Numbered from the stretch's first letter, positions 47,601 through 57,082 are shown. The stretch is 57,774 nt of DNA from an uncultured virus (IMG/VR IMGVR_UViG_3300025126_000736) (IMGVR_UViG_3300025126_000736), one strand, 5' to 3'. Numbers and translations are program-made. Notes: generated by a model from the letters alone, not told the origin.

Positions 47601-47996
47601 TTAAAAAGAACTAACTTTATGATTAATTTTTAATTTAAAAATAAGAGGTTTAGCAACCTTTAAAAAGGAATCATAATCAAAAGTATCAGTCCAGTATTCC
47701 TCAAACTCATTTTTTTTAAAACTTCCTTTATGATAAAGTGAGTAATTGAGGTATAAGTCTGTAAAACAAGAGAATAAGAACTCAACATCTTCTAATTGTA
47801 ACTCAGACAACTCCAAAAGAGAGTTAATTAAGTCTATAAAGAATTTATTTTCACTTTCAATGAGGCAAAAATCATTAATACTCATTTGATCACAATTCCA
47901 AGAATCCCAAGGTTTGGAACAAATAAAAATGCATTTAAAAAATGGTGACAACTTATCGATAATATGCTGCATATTAACTACTATTCCGTTATACAC
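47601..47996 (-). CDS. Hypothetical protein with C-terminal K-V-x-x-F motif
   Basis: Ends HKVSSF. Confidence 0.65.
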   Translation of the reverse strand: MYNGIVVNMQHIIDKLSPFFKCIFICSKPWDSWNCDQMSINDFCLIESENKFFIDLINSLLELSELQLEDVEFLFSCFTDLYLNYSLYHKGSFKKNEFEEYWTDTFDYDSFLKVAKPLIFKLKINHKVSSF

Positions 47997-48724
47997 GTTT
48001 GTGTTTTAGGATTGACTTCTGAACCATCATAGCAAGTTAGTCTATTCTCAAGATAATCACGGATCAACTCAACAGTTATAAAATCAGAAATAGGAATGAT
48101 TGGCTTATTATAGTCATCGACTTTTTCATATTCTATACTTAAAAGTAAATTATCTAATGTTGTTGTTGCAACGAATTGATTATTTTTAATTTTATTTCGT
48201 AATTCAATATAATCATGTTGTGCAGTAAGTTTAATAATATTGATAATATTCTCTGCCCTTTTAAGAAGAAAACTATTATCATTATTAACCTTTAAAACAG
48301 CTATATTGGATTGAATTAAATTAATATCTTTATTGGTTAAGTAGTAATCTTCAACGGGAATATCAATATTTTTGCTTTCACTAAAAAGAAAAGAGAATAA
48401 GGGCTTTTTATTTTCTTTAATTTGATTTAAGAAGGTATAAAGTAGTGCTTTGGAATTTATTTTGTTAAGGCTATCTATTGAATGGTTTTCATTAGTTTCG
48501 TAAGCAACAATGGTGCTTTCTTTATTGAAAAAGGAAAAGTCAATATCGGATAAAGAATTTTGAACAAGAGTTTCATAATCTTTACTTAAAAGATTCTTAT
48601 TCGTATATTCCGAATTATAATGAGATAAATTTATCTCTTGTTGAAATATTAGAGAACCGAAAATAAATCCAAAGATAAATACTGCAATAAGTGTTAATAT
48701 TTTTAGTTTTTTAAGAAAATTCAT
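47981..48724 (-). CDS. Membrane-anchored hypothetical protein
   Basis: N-terminal TM; C-terminal Cys pair. Confidence 0.6.
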   Translation of the reverse strand: MNFLKKLKILTLIAVFIFGFIFGSLIFQQEINLSHYNSEYTNKNLLSKDYETLVQNSLSDIDFSFFNKESTIVAYETNENHSIDSLNKINSKALLYTFLNQIKENKKPLFSFLFSESKNIDIPVEDYYLTNKDINLIQSNIAVLKVNNDNSFLLKRAENIINIIKLTAQHDYIELRNKIKNNQFVATTTLDNLLLSIEYEKVDDYNKPIIPISDFITVELIRDYLENRLTCYDGSEVNPKTQTCITE

Positions 48725-48799
48725 TTTTTACCTATTTAGTGTTAAAGTATAGTACCAAGTAGTGTATTATACTGAATTGTTTAAAAAAGGTCAATAAAT

Positions 48800-49354
48800 T
48801 TAATTCTCTATTCGAGATATAACATATCCAGCGAAGAGTGTTTGATTATAACCATACCGCAAAACCCCGCCAAACTCAGCAGAATGTTGACTGTATGAAG
48901 TTGTTTTTGAATCTGCAAAATAAAAACTATCTTGATATTCATTGGTTATAGATTTGGGATATCCAGACAATCCGCAACGTCCAAAGTAGGATCTTTGTAA
49001 ATCTGGAGTTAAATTTGCGTATTCATAAGAGAATGTGCGCCTAAATCCCTCTGGAATTTCAAGGTCAATATTAATTGACTGAGAGTTATGTTTTGCTCTT
49101 AGGAAATAAATGTTTGCGCCACTATCAATTTGCTTAATTCCTCCACACTCATCTGTTGTATTAACCCAGTCAGGCATAACAATTGGAGGGTAAACAACTT
49201 CTTCTGTTGGTGGTTTTATAATTTCTGTTGGATTTACAACTTGAATGCTATTATTAAGATTATTATCTAATTTAATAACAAAGTTATTGGAATAGGAATT
49301 TGGAGTAAAAATTAATCCTATTAAAGAAAGTGTGACGATTTTTAAATCAAACAT
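48800..49354 (-). CDS. Secreted protein with shared post-signal motif
   Basis: Signal peptide; NFVIKLDNNLNNSIQV; Pro-rich linker; variable domain. Confidence 0.65.
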   Translation of the reverse strand: MFDLKIVTLSLIGLIFTPNSYSNNFVIKLDNNLNNSIQVVNPTEIIKPPTEEVVYPPIVMPDWVNTTDECGGIKQIDSGANIYFLRAKHNSQSINIDLEIPEGFRRTFSYEYANLTPDLQRSYFGRCGLSGYPKSITNEYQDSFYFADSKTTSYSQHSAEFGGVLRYGYNQTLFAGYVISRIEN

Positions 49355-49543
49355 GATATGGCCTTTTAATTATATATAATTAATATTCTATACTTTATTA
49401 TTAATAAGTCAATGAATGGTAGTTTTGGCTAAAAAAATGCGGGAGAGGTTATTTTGAAGTTGACTTTTTTGCTTTAAATAATATGATTATATTATTAATA
49501 TAAAAGGAGTTGATTTTTCTCCTTATGTGAAGGAGTAATAATC

Positions 49544-50614
49544 ATGAGAAAAAATATAAATAAAAAACTATTAATCGCATTACTAATAAGTGGTGTATTC
49601 AAAATATCTGCGAATGATATTGATATGGTGAGGATGGCTGAGTCAGGTGATTCATTGCAACAATATAAATTAGCAGAAAGTTATGCTATTGGAAACGAAA
49701 ATATAAAAAAAGATATGAAGAAGTCTGCTAAATGGTATTTAAGATCTGCTCAACAAGGTTATGCAAAATCTCAGTATGTAATAGCAACAATGTATGCTAC
49801 TGGTAATGGTGTTGATTATGATCAAGAAAAGGCTTTTAAATGGTATTTACGCTCCGCTAATCAAGGTTATTTAAAGTCGCAGTATGAATTAAGCTCTATT
49901 TATTATATAGAGGGAGATGAGGTTCAATCATTAAAATGGAAAATAAAGGCAGCATCTCAAAATCACACAAAATCACTTTATGAATTATCATCACTTTATA
50001 ATTTGAAGTCTAATTTTTCTTCTGGTGATATGAGTAGTTTTGGAGACTATTTATTGAAAGCAGAAAGTGGTGATGAAGGGGAGATGTATAATGTTGGACT
50101 ATTATTATTAAATGGATATGGTGTAGTAAAAAACAAGGAAGAAGGATTTAAGTGGATACTTAAAGCCTCAGAAAATAATTTTATTGCTGCTGAAAAAACA
50201 CTAGGTGAACTATATATGCTTGGAGAAGGGGTAGAGGTAAATAAAAAAGATGCTTTTGATTGGTTTTTAAAAGCTGCAGAACAGGGAGATCAAAATGCTC
50301 AAAACAATATAAGTATTTTGTATTATACTGGGGAAGGTGTAATAAAAAACAATAGTGAGTCATTTAAATGGGCAATGAAATCAGCAAAGAACGGGAATAA
50401 TATAGCACAATATAACCTTGGATTATTTTATTTTAAAGGTGAAGGTGTAAAAAAATCTAATAAAGAATCATATAAGTGGTTTTATTTATCAAAAAATGCA
50501 GGAAATAAAAAAGCAGCAAAAGAAATTAAATTAGTTGAAAATAATTTAACCTCCAAAGAGTTAAAGGGTATAGTTAAAGAAGCCAATGAGATAGTTGTGA
50601 AAATAAATGATTAA
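49544..50614 (+). CDS. Secreted Sel1-repeat protein
   Basis: Multiple A..W...SA.QG...AQY.LG..Y..G.GV repeats; signal peptide. Confidence 0.92.
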   Translation: MRKNINKKLLIALLISGVFKISANDIDMVRMAESGDSLQQYKLAESYAIGNENIKKDMKKSAKWYLRSAQQGYAKSQYVIATMYATGNGVDYDQEKAFKWYLRSANQGYLKSQYELSSIYYIEGDEVQSLKWKIKAASQNHTKSLYELSSLYNLKSNFSSGDMSSFGDYLLKAESGDEGEMYNVGLLLLNGYGVVKNKEEGFKWILKASENNFIAAEKTLGELYMLGEGVEVNKKDAFDWFLKAAEQGDQNAQNNISILYYTGEGVIKNNSESFKWAMKSAKNGNNIAQYNLGLFYFKGEGVKKSNKESYKWFYLSKNAGNKKAAKEIKLVENNLTSKELKGIVKEANEIVVKIND

Positions 50615-50778
50615 GGGTTGATTTTTGATAAAACATATCCTGATAATTCTTTCTCTTTTTCATCGGCTATAATGATATTGTTATTAAATGAATTATCAAG
50701 TTTAATATAATATTGTTCTGCTGCATAGGCTGAATTTAAAAATAAAGAGATCGTTAATGTTAGTGCTATTTTAATCAA
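50611..50778 (-). CDS. Unannotated 55-aa secreted mini-protein MIKIALTLTISLFLNSAYAAEQYYIKLDNSFNNNIIIADEKEKELSGYVLSKINP
   Basis: AAGGA SD plus TTG start; signal peptide; shared motif; C-terminus resembles that of 48800..49354 (GYVISRIEN). Confidence 0.65.
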   Translation of the reverse strand: MIKIALTLTISLFLNSAYAAEQYYIKLDNSFNNNIIIADEKEKELSGYVLSKINP

Positions 50779-50824
50779 TTTGAGAATTCCTTTTCTATAT
50801 AATTATATTAAAACACATAATGGC

Positions 50825-51625
50825 GTGAATAACCACACCCTAAAGGATGTGGCTTCTTATTGAAGCAAAATTCTTAGGATTCAAGTTGCTTCGGCTTCTT
50901 GTGGTTATTTTAATCCCACTTTTTAGTTGAAAAAAACTAAAATATGATATGAGTATTACCTACAAATTTTTCCAGTTTGTAGGACTATTAATCTTATATC
51001 AAGGGTAGGAGAAAATAACAACCTTCGGGTTGAAAACCTTTGGTTATGAAACAAAAGCAAAACGTTGTGAATATGGGATTGATAAATCGCATAATAATGA
51101 TGCATTTGTTATTTCCTTTGGGAATAATAAACCCAAAAAATTAAGTCGTGCGGTGGAAATTGAATACGAACAATTTGCCAATAACAAGCGTGTATTCATT
51201 TATGCAACGACAAAAAGAAGGTATACCGCCATTATTGAGGGTGAAAAAAATCACTATTTATAATCGAAAAAAAGCAATGAACCAAAAAGAAGACTCTCTT
51301 GAAGAGTTTAGAGCAAAATACACTCAAAAACACGTTTCTCAACTAAAAGTATTGAAAGGTATAGTTAAGTTTCAAGATCGGTCACATTATTCGTTTGAAA
51401 AGGGGATTTGGTCACGCTAAATGGAAAATTAAGGGTAATTTCAGGCAATACCAATAACGGAAAGTATGTAAGATTGAAGAATGAGGGGACAACTAATTTC
51501 AGTCCTAAAGAGTTAACAATGCTTAACCCTCGCCAAAATTTCAGAAGGATTAATTGGTAACTAAGGCGCAATTTATCCCTGACCTGAAGGACAGGGTATT
51601 ATTGCTAAAATTTGAGTACTAAATG
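50825..51625 (+). mobile_element. Internally deleted IscB element (intact omegaRNA, frameshifted 3' iscB remnant)
   Basis: Same ends as 22219..24043; jumps from the omegaRNA end to TFGYETK. Confidence 0.9.
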
Positions 51626-51719
51626 ATAAAGTAAAGCGTTAAAAAAATAGTGGTATTTTTAAAAATTTTGCAAATTATTATTATTCAAAGCTTAATTAAG
51701 CTTTGAATAATAAATAAAT

Positions 51720-52079
51720 TTAAAACAAAATATCATTAACTAATTTAATTAATTCAAGTCTATCAGCAATAAAGTGTTTAAAATTATTATCAAGTAAAAA
51801 ATCAGAAGTTAATAATGAGCGATTACCTTGATTTTCTACAGAGTAATACAGTTGAGGTTTAGTTTTCATTAGAGAATAATGAATGGTATCAATAAGAACC
51901 CATTTTTCTTCTGCCCATAAATAGGCTTGTGCGTAAGACTGAAAAGAATATGAGTCACTTCTGATTTTTAATTTAATTTTATGAGATTTAATTGAGTATA
52001 TCTCTTGAAAATCAAGATTTTGTGTTCCAAATGATATTTCTCTTAATATTTCTTTCATTTCTCTTAATATTTCTTTCAT
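51720..52079 (-). CDS. Hypothetical protein, paralog of 52091..52399
   Basis: Shared IK..I.SDSY..Q..A..YLW...W.LI..I.YS.M.T...ADR. Confidence 0.65.
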   Translation of the reverse strand: MKEILREMKEILREISFGTQNLDFQEIYSIKSHKIKLKIRSDSYSFQSYAQAYLWAEEKWVLIDTIHYSLMKTKPQLYYSVENQGNRSLLTSDFLLDNNFKHFIADRLELIKLVNDILF

Positions 52080-52090
52080 CAGTTGACTCC

Positions 52091-52399
52091 TTATGCAATA
52101 ATTTTTTTAGAAATAGATAAGAGAAGATCTCTATCTGCCTTAAAGAAAGATTTATTGCTTTCTTTTTTTGCAAAATCAATACTTGTTCTTAGTTCTTTTT
52201 CTGTATTCATTGCTGAATAAGGAATGCTATGAATGAGATTCCATCCAGTATTACTCCATAAGTAAGAAATGGCATGGCATTGATTTAAGTATGAGTCACT
52301 TTTAATTGATATTTTAATTCTTTTGTCTTTAACTTTAATAATTTCCTTATATTCAGCGCTTTGTTTTCCAGCGCCAATAGTGAGAGATAATGTAGTCAT
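52091..52399 (-). CDS. Hypothetical protein, paralog of 51720..52079
   Basis: Same shared motif as 51720..52079. Confidence 0.65.
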   Translation of the reverse strand: MTTLSLTIGAGKQSAEYKEIIKVKDKRIKISIKSDSYLNQCHAISYLWSNTGWNLIHSIPYSAMNTEKELRTSIDFAKKESNKSFFKADRDLLLSISKKIIA

Positions 52400-52571
52400 A
52401 AATAAAGTGCCTTTTTAAAATAAGTTGTTTTAGAGCAAACATTATCTCATAATCTAATAGGTATGTAAAGGAATTTAGAAAAAAATGAATTATTTTAAAG
52501 CCATTTTTTTAAATACCGCTGGAATAAATTTGTAACCTCTAATATTGTAGGTTTTAACCTAAAATTAAGAT

Positions 52572-54143
52572 TTAAAACTTAAAGCCTTCTTCGTTTAATA
52601 TTTTTTTTATTTCTTTTTCTGAATTATTATAATCTTCTATTGATAAATTGAAGTCATTTAGTATTTCCCTATAATTTAAACAAGCATCTTCTACCATTTT
52701 TTTTAATGAAATTATTTTAGTAATATCTTCATCAAAACATTCGCTTCCTCCATTTATATCTTTCATTATATGGAACATCGGCTTTCTTTGTTTTGAAAAC
52801 GTTTTTAATATCCAATACTCTGATAGTAAACTTTGTATATTTTTTAATTTAAGTGTGGTTTGGTTTATGATTTTAATTCCATTGTTTTTTAATTTTATAC
52901 TTGAGTACCTACTATTGACTCCTCTATGAGTTAATCCTATTTTGTAAAAAATTTTACCCTTAAATTGAAATGTGATATAATAAAGTATTCTATCTTTTTG
53001 AAATTGTTTTGTTTTTGTTAAGCACTTTTTTAAATCTTGCCCTTCTATTGAGCATTTTGGACAACCTCCTCCATTATTTAACTTATGTATAGTGGGGTTC
53101 CATTTTTTTTCAAAAAAATCTCCAATACCATGAACTTCGCACTTCATTATGCATTTTGAGTGAACTGTTTTGTATCCTTCTACAAATCCAATGACTTCAT
53201 ATTTTTTAGAAACATTATCTTTTAAACGTTCTAATGCTTCATTTTCTGTATATCTGTATAAGCCTAAACATTTAGGGCACCCCTTGGATTTTTTTAAACT
53301 ATTTATTGTTGGGAGCCAAGGATTGCCCCATTCAGAGGAGTTTCCATGCACTTTACACTCAACAATACATTTGGTTTGCATATTGTTATTTTTGCCAACA
53401 AAAGATAATGCTTTTATTTTTTTATTATTTAATTGCTTATTTAAACACGCTACTGTTTCTTTTAATATTTTTGTATTACTTTTGCGTGTGCCATATAATT
53501 TATTGCATTTGGGGCATTGTTGTCCATGTTTTAATTGGGATAAGCTAGGAGTCCAAGGAATTCCCCATTTAGAGCTGTCACCATGTATTATGCACTCCAT
53601 TATGCATTTTGATTGCAAATTTTTAAATTTACCACCAATAAACCTTAAAAATAAATATTTGCCTTTTATTGTCTGATTTAAGTCAGATAAAGCTTCTTGA
53701 TCTGTTTGTTTGTAATTTCCATAACATTTAGGACAACCATGACCTTTTTTCAATGTATCAAAATATGGAATCCAAGGATTTCCCCATTTAGAACTGTCTC
53801 CATGAATGCTACAATTTAAAATAACGGCATATTTTTTTTGTTCTTTTTTAATACTTAGTACAGAAAGATTATTAGAAAGATATTTTTTTAATTCTGCTCT
53901 TAATTCTCTTTCTGATTTTACATATCGATTTGAGCATTTAGGACAGCCTGAACCATATCTTAAATTGTCAAATGTTGGAGTCCAAGGTGTATCCCATCCT
54001 AAACCATTTCCATGTATTTTGCATATAATTGAACATTTTGAGTGAATATTTTTATATTCAGACTCAAGAAATCCTACAACGGTATAGTCATCGTTTATGA
54101 TTTTATTGAGTTCTATTATTTTTTCACTACTAATTTCGTTCAT
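52572..54143 (-). CDS. Zn-ribbon repeat protein with C-terminal GIY-YIG/T5orf172-like nuclease domain
   Basis: Five C..HG...W.P....L....CPKC repeats; LYYITF...YKIGLT...RY...E...GGSECF. Confidence 0.7.
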   Translation of the reverse strand: MNEISSEKIIELNKIINDDYTVVGFLESEYKNIHSKCSIICKIHGNGLGWDTPWTPTFDNLRYGSGCPKCSNRYVKSERELRAELKKYLSNNLSVLSIKKEQKKYAVILNCSIHGDSSKWGNPWIPYFDTLKKGHGCPKCYGNYKQTDQEALSDLNQTIKGKYLFLRFIGGKFKNLQSKCIMECIIHGDSSKWGIPWTPSLSQLKHGQQCPKCNKLYGTRKSNTKILKETVACLNKQLNNKKIKALSFVGKNNNMQTKCIVECKVHGNSSEWGNPWLPTINSLKKSKGCPKCLGLYRYTENEALERLKDNVSKKYEVIGFVEGYKTVHSKCIMKCEVHGIGDFFEKKWNPTIHKLNNGGGCPKCSIEGQDLKKCLTKTKQFQKDRILYYITFQFKGKIFYKIGLTHRGVNSRYSSIKLKNNGIKIINQTTLKLKNIQSLLSEYWILKTFSKQRKPMFHIMKDINGGSECFDEDITKIISLKKMVEDACLNYREILNDFNLSIEDYNNSEKEIKKILNEEGFKF

Positions 54144-54204
54144 TGATAACTCTATTTTATTTATTTAAAAACTAATTATACCAAAATATTTTTCAAAAAA
54201 AATA

Positions 54205-54690
54205 TTAGGTATTGGGCATCTTGTATGTAATCGAATTATCTAAATTATCAAGTAATAGCTTAAATATTTTGGTATTATTATTGAAATGGGCTGTATTTAA
54301 TGCTGTTAAGTAGCCATTATATAGAGATATGTTTCTTTTTTTTAACAATAATTGGGTCATTAAAAAATTGTTATTTTGGACTGCATAATTAAGGCAAGAG
54401 TTATTGAGTATAGTTGGGTCAACCAAATCAAAATCCAATAAAAGATCAGCTATGGCAAAGTGAGAGTTTTTAAAGGCCGCTCGAATAGAAAATTGATTAC
54501 TTACCGTGACGTCAACGTTTTTATTTTTTATTAATATTTTAAAAATATTTAAATCTCCACGAGAAGATGTGATCTTTAATGCATGATCTTTTAAATAAGA
54601 GTAGTCAATTTTTGCATTTTTAATTAAAAATTTGATGCTTGCAAGATCATTATTAAAAATAGCTTGCTGGAATTTTAGTTGCGTGTTCAT
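54205..54690 (-). CDS. Ankyrin-repeat protein
   Basis: VDVTVSNQFSIRAAFKNSHFAIADLLL, VDPTILNNSCLNYAV. Confidence 0.75.
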   Translation of the reverse strand: MNTQLKFQQAIFNNDLASIKFLIKNAKIDYSYLKDHALKITSSRGDLNIFKILIKNKNVDVTVSNQFSIRAAFKNSHFAIADLLLDFDLVDPTILNNSCLNYAVQNNNFLMTQLLLKKRNISLYNGYLTALNTAHFNNNTKIFKLLLDNLDNSITYKMPNT

Positions 54691-54793
54691 GATATATGAT
54701 TACCTAGTAATTAAAGTTGGTTTATTATACTGTAGTTATAATGAAAATGCAAAAAAAATAGCCAAAAGAGGCTATTTTTGTAAGTATAAAATA

Positions 54794-54849
54794 TTTTTAG
54801 GAATGTGAGCGGGAATCCTCGGTAATTAATTGCCGAGAGGAAGTCACAT
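54794..54849 (+). repeat. 56-bp IS605-right-end-like hairpin repeat, copy 3
   Basis: Identical to copy 1; overlaps the stop codon of 54844..55407. Confidence 0.8.
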
Positions 54850-55407
54850 TCTAGATAATGCGTAATTTAAAATATCATATTTATCATAATTGTCTTTAAA
54901 GCTTTGTGTTGTAGTGCTTCCAAAAGTCGAATTTTGTTCACGGAATAAAAGCTTGATAAATAATGCACTATTATTAAATATAAATGTTGAGGATGATAAA
55001 AGTAAACAAAAGCGATCCCAACCTATTTCAGTGGCATTTGAAATTGAATTAATAGTAACTTTGGTTATAAAATCTTTAATATTAACGTCAGGAGAATCAG
55101 ATAAGAAATCAGAAGATAGTAATTTGATGACCAATGAAAAATACCCATCAGAGCCAGCCTTATTTGATAAAGAGCTTTTAATAATCATTCCTTCTTTAAA
55201 CTTATTTCCCATTTCATAAAGATATGTAATTGAGTCAAGGAATAATTGTTCGTCTTGAAAATTATTTTCTTCAATTATTTTTCCTATTTCTTTAAAATTG
55301 TGCTTTTCTGCACTTTTAACAATGTTAAGGAAAACGGGATGAGTACTCATATTTTGCAATTCATTAAAATTTATAGCACTATTTTTTAGTTTAATTATTG
55401 TAGTCAT
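54844..55407 (-). CDS. Hypothetical protein, possibly truncated by the repeat
   Basis: Stop codon lies inside repeat copy 3. Confidence 0.55.
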   Translation of the reverse strand: MTTIIKLKNSAINFNELQNMSTHPVFLNIVKSAEKHNFKEIGKIIEENNFQDEQLFLDSITYLYEMGNKFKEGMIIKSSLSNKAGSDGYFSLVIKLLSSDFLSDSPDVNIKDFITKVTINSISNATEIGWDRFCLLLSSSTFIFNNSALFIKLLFREQNSTFGSTTTQSFKDNYDKYDILNYALSRM

Positions 55408-55795
55408 TTAAAATGTCCTTTATTGATAAATATATTTAGAGGATTATTGAAAATTGAGATTGATTTATTATATTATAATTAAGGAAAAGAATCAAGAAAT
55501 TTATTGAAAATTAAGCGAAATAATATTTTAAATTTGGTATAATTATTGAGAAGATATTTTTTTCTTAAAATAATACTAATTATTAATTTTGGATAATACG
55601 TAAACTGGAAAATGAGTATATTAAATATTATATGTCATAGGTAAGTTAGATACCATTAATTTAATATTCATTATGTTTGCATTGACATTTTTAGAATTAA
55701 TGACAGTATGAAAATATAAAACAGTTAATTAATCAAACCTAAATGGCTTGAAATAGAAAAATCAATTAACGAACCAAATAAGAAGGCATATTGAA

Positions 55796-56167
55796 ATGGA
55801 AAAATCAAAATCAATAATATTAATACTTATTTTATTGGTTTCATTTAATAGCTTCGCTGAAAGCTCTTATTTTATAAGATTGAATGAAAATTTAACAAAA
55901 AGCATTAATATAGTTAGTAATATAGCCGCTCCTGTTATTACATTGGAATGGGGAATTCCAATACATAGTGGAGATAGATATGGTTCCAATATTACAGAAT
56001 GTAAAAATAATGCAATAAATGCTGGATTTCCAAGTGGTAATGAGAAGTTTGGTGAGTGTGAGATAGAAGGTGAACAGCATAAATACTCTAAAACATGGAG
56101 TTATACAAGTGCTAATGCATCTTGTAGTGTGAGGTTATTTGCTCAAAATTGTAATATAAAAAAATAG
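55796..56167 (+). CDS. Secreted Cys-containing protein with shared post-signal motif
   Basis: Signal peptide; SYFIRLNENLTKSINIV; 4 Cys. Confidence 0.65.
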   Translation: MEKSKSIILILILLVSFNSFAESSYFIRLNENLTKSINIVSNIAAPVITLEWGIPIHSGDRYGSNITECKNNAINAGFPSGNEKFGECEIEGEQHKYSKTWSYTSANASCSVRLFAQNCNIKK

Positions 56168-56307
56168 AGACTAAAAGCCTCTATTTTTTTTATATTATTT
56201 TAAAGCTATTTTTTTAATGCCGTTAAGGTGAGTAAAATATCATTAATTCTCTCTACACCGTGTGGAACTAATTTGTAGATTTTAATATTATAGACCTTAT
56301 TATAATG

Positions 56308-56973
56308 TTAAGAAGGATAACCTTCTATAACGCTAGTCCAATCATTAAGCCTATCATTTGAACTATTTTTAAAGACGAACATATCTTTACGTCTAATTTT
56401 ACACATTCTTCCATCTGGATGATGAAAAACAATACCTTCTACATAATTATTAAATAACCATTTTTTTATACCGTCATAGGTGAGTAAAATATCATTAATT
56501 TCCTCTGCACCGTGTGGGACTAATTTGTGGCCTTTAATATTATAAATATTATTCTGAACTTTTTCTCCAATAAGCTCGTAGGTTGCACCCTCAATAAGAA
56601 CAGGATGTAAACTTAATGCTTCTTGGAACCATCTATCCTCTGGACTATCCGTTACTTCTACCCAAAAAGGCTGGTGAAAGGTAATAGGATCAGGTAATTG
56701 ACAAGCAATAGCACCTAATGGTAAATCTTTAAACATATGATCTTCTATTGCAAGTTTTCCACCTAATCGTTTATTCTTAAGTGAAAACTTTTTGCGCAAT
56801 TTGCGATCAAATCGTTTATGTAATTTTCCATTAAGAAAAATAGCTGCGGTACCGTCAATTTTAACGGTTGCCTTACCTTCTCCATTAATAGCCCATTGAC
56901 ACTCTTCTCGAACAATCTCTGTAACAAGATTAGTGTCATAGTTCATTTCAAACAATGTTTTCATTTTCTTCAT
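56308..56973 (-). CDS. RNA-ligase-like nucleotidyltransferase (DUF5565-like)
   Basis: TVKIDGT, TYELIG, EGIVF, KIRRKD. Confidence 0.75.
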   Translation of the reverse strand: MKKMKTLFEMNYDTNLVTEIVREECQWAINGEGKATVKIDGTAAIFLNGKLHKRFDRKLRKKFSLKNKRLGGKLAIEDHMFKDLPLGAIACQLPDPITFHQPFWVEVTDSPEDRWFQEALSLHPVLIEGATYELIGEKVQNNIYNIKGHKLVPHGAEEINDILLTYDGIKKWLFNNYVEGIVFHHPDGRMCKIRRKDMFVFKNSSNDRLNDWTSVIEGYPS

Positions 56974-57082
56974 TTTTTTTAACCTCTGTTAGTTGGGAAA
57001 TTTCGAGTCCCGCCAGCCACAGATTTTTCAAAAGAGAACAGTTGTATTATGTATTATTTTTAAGTTAAAGTCAACTTTTTTT

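Noticed and set aside
56210..56544. Diversity-generating retroelement TR/VR pair
   Set aside because: Differences are not confined to adenines and no reverse transcriptase is present in the window
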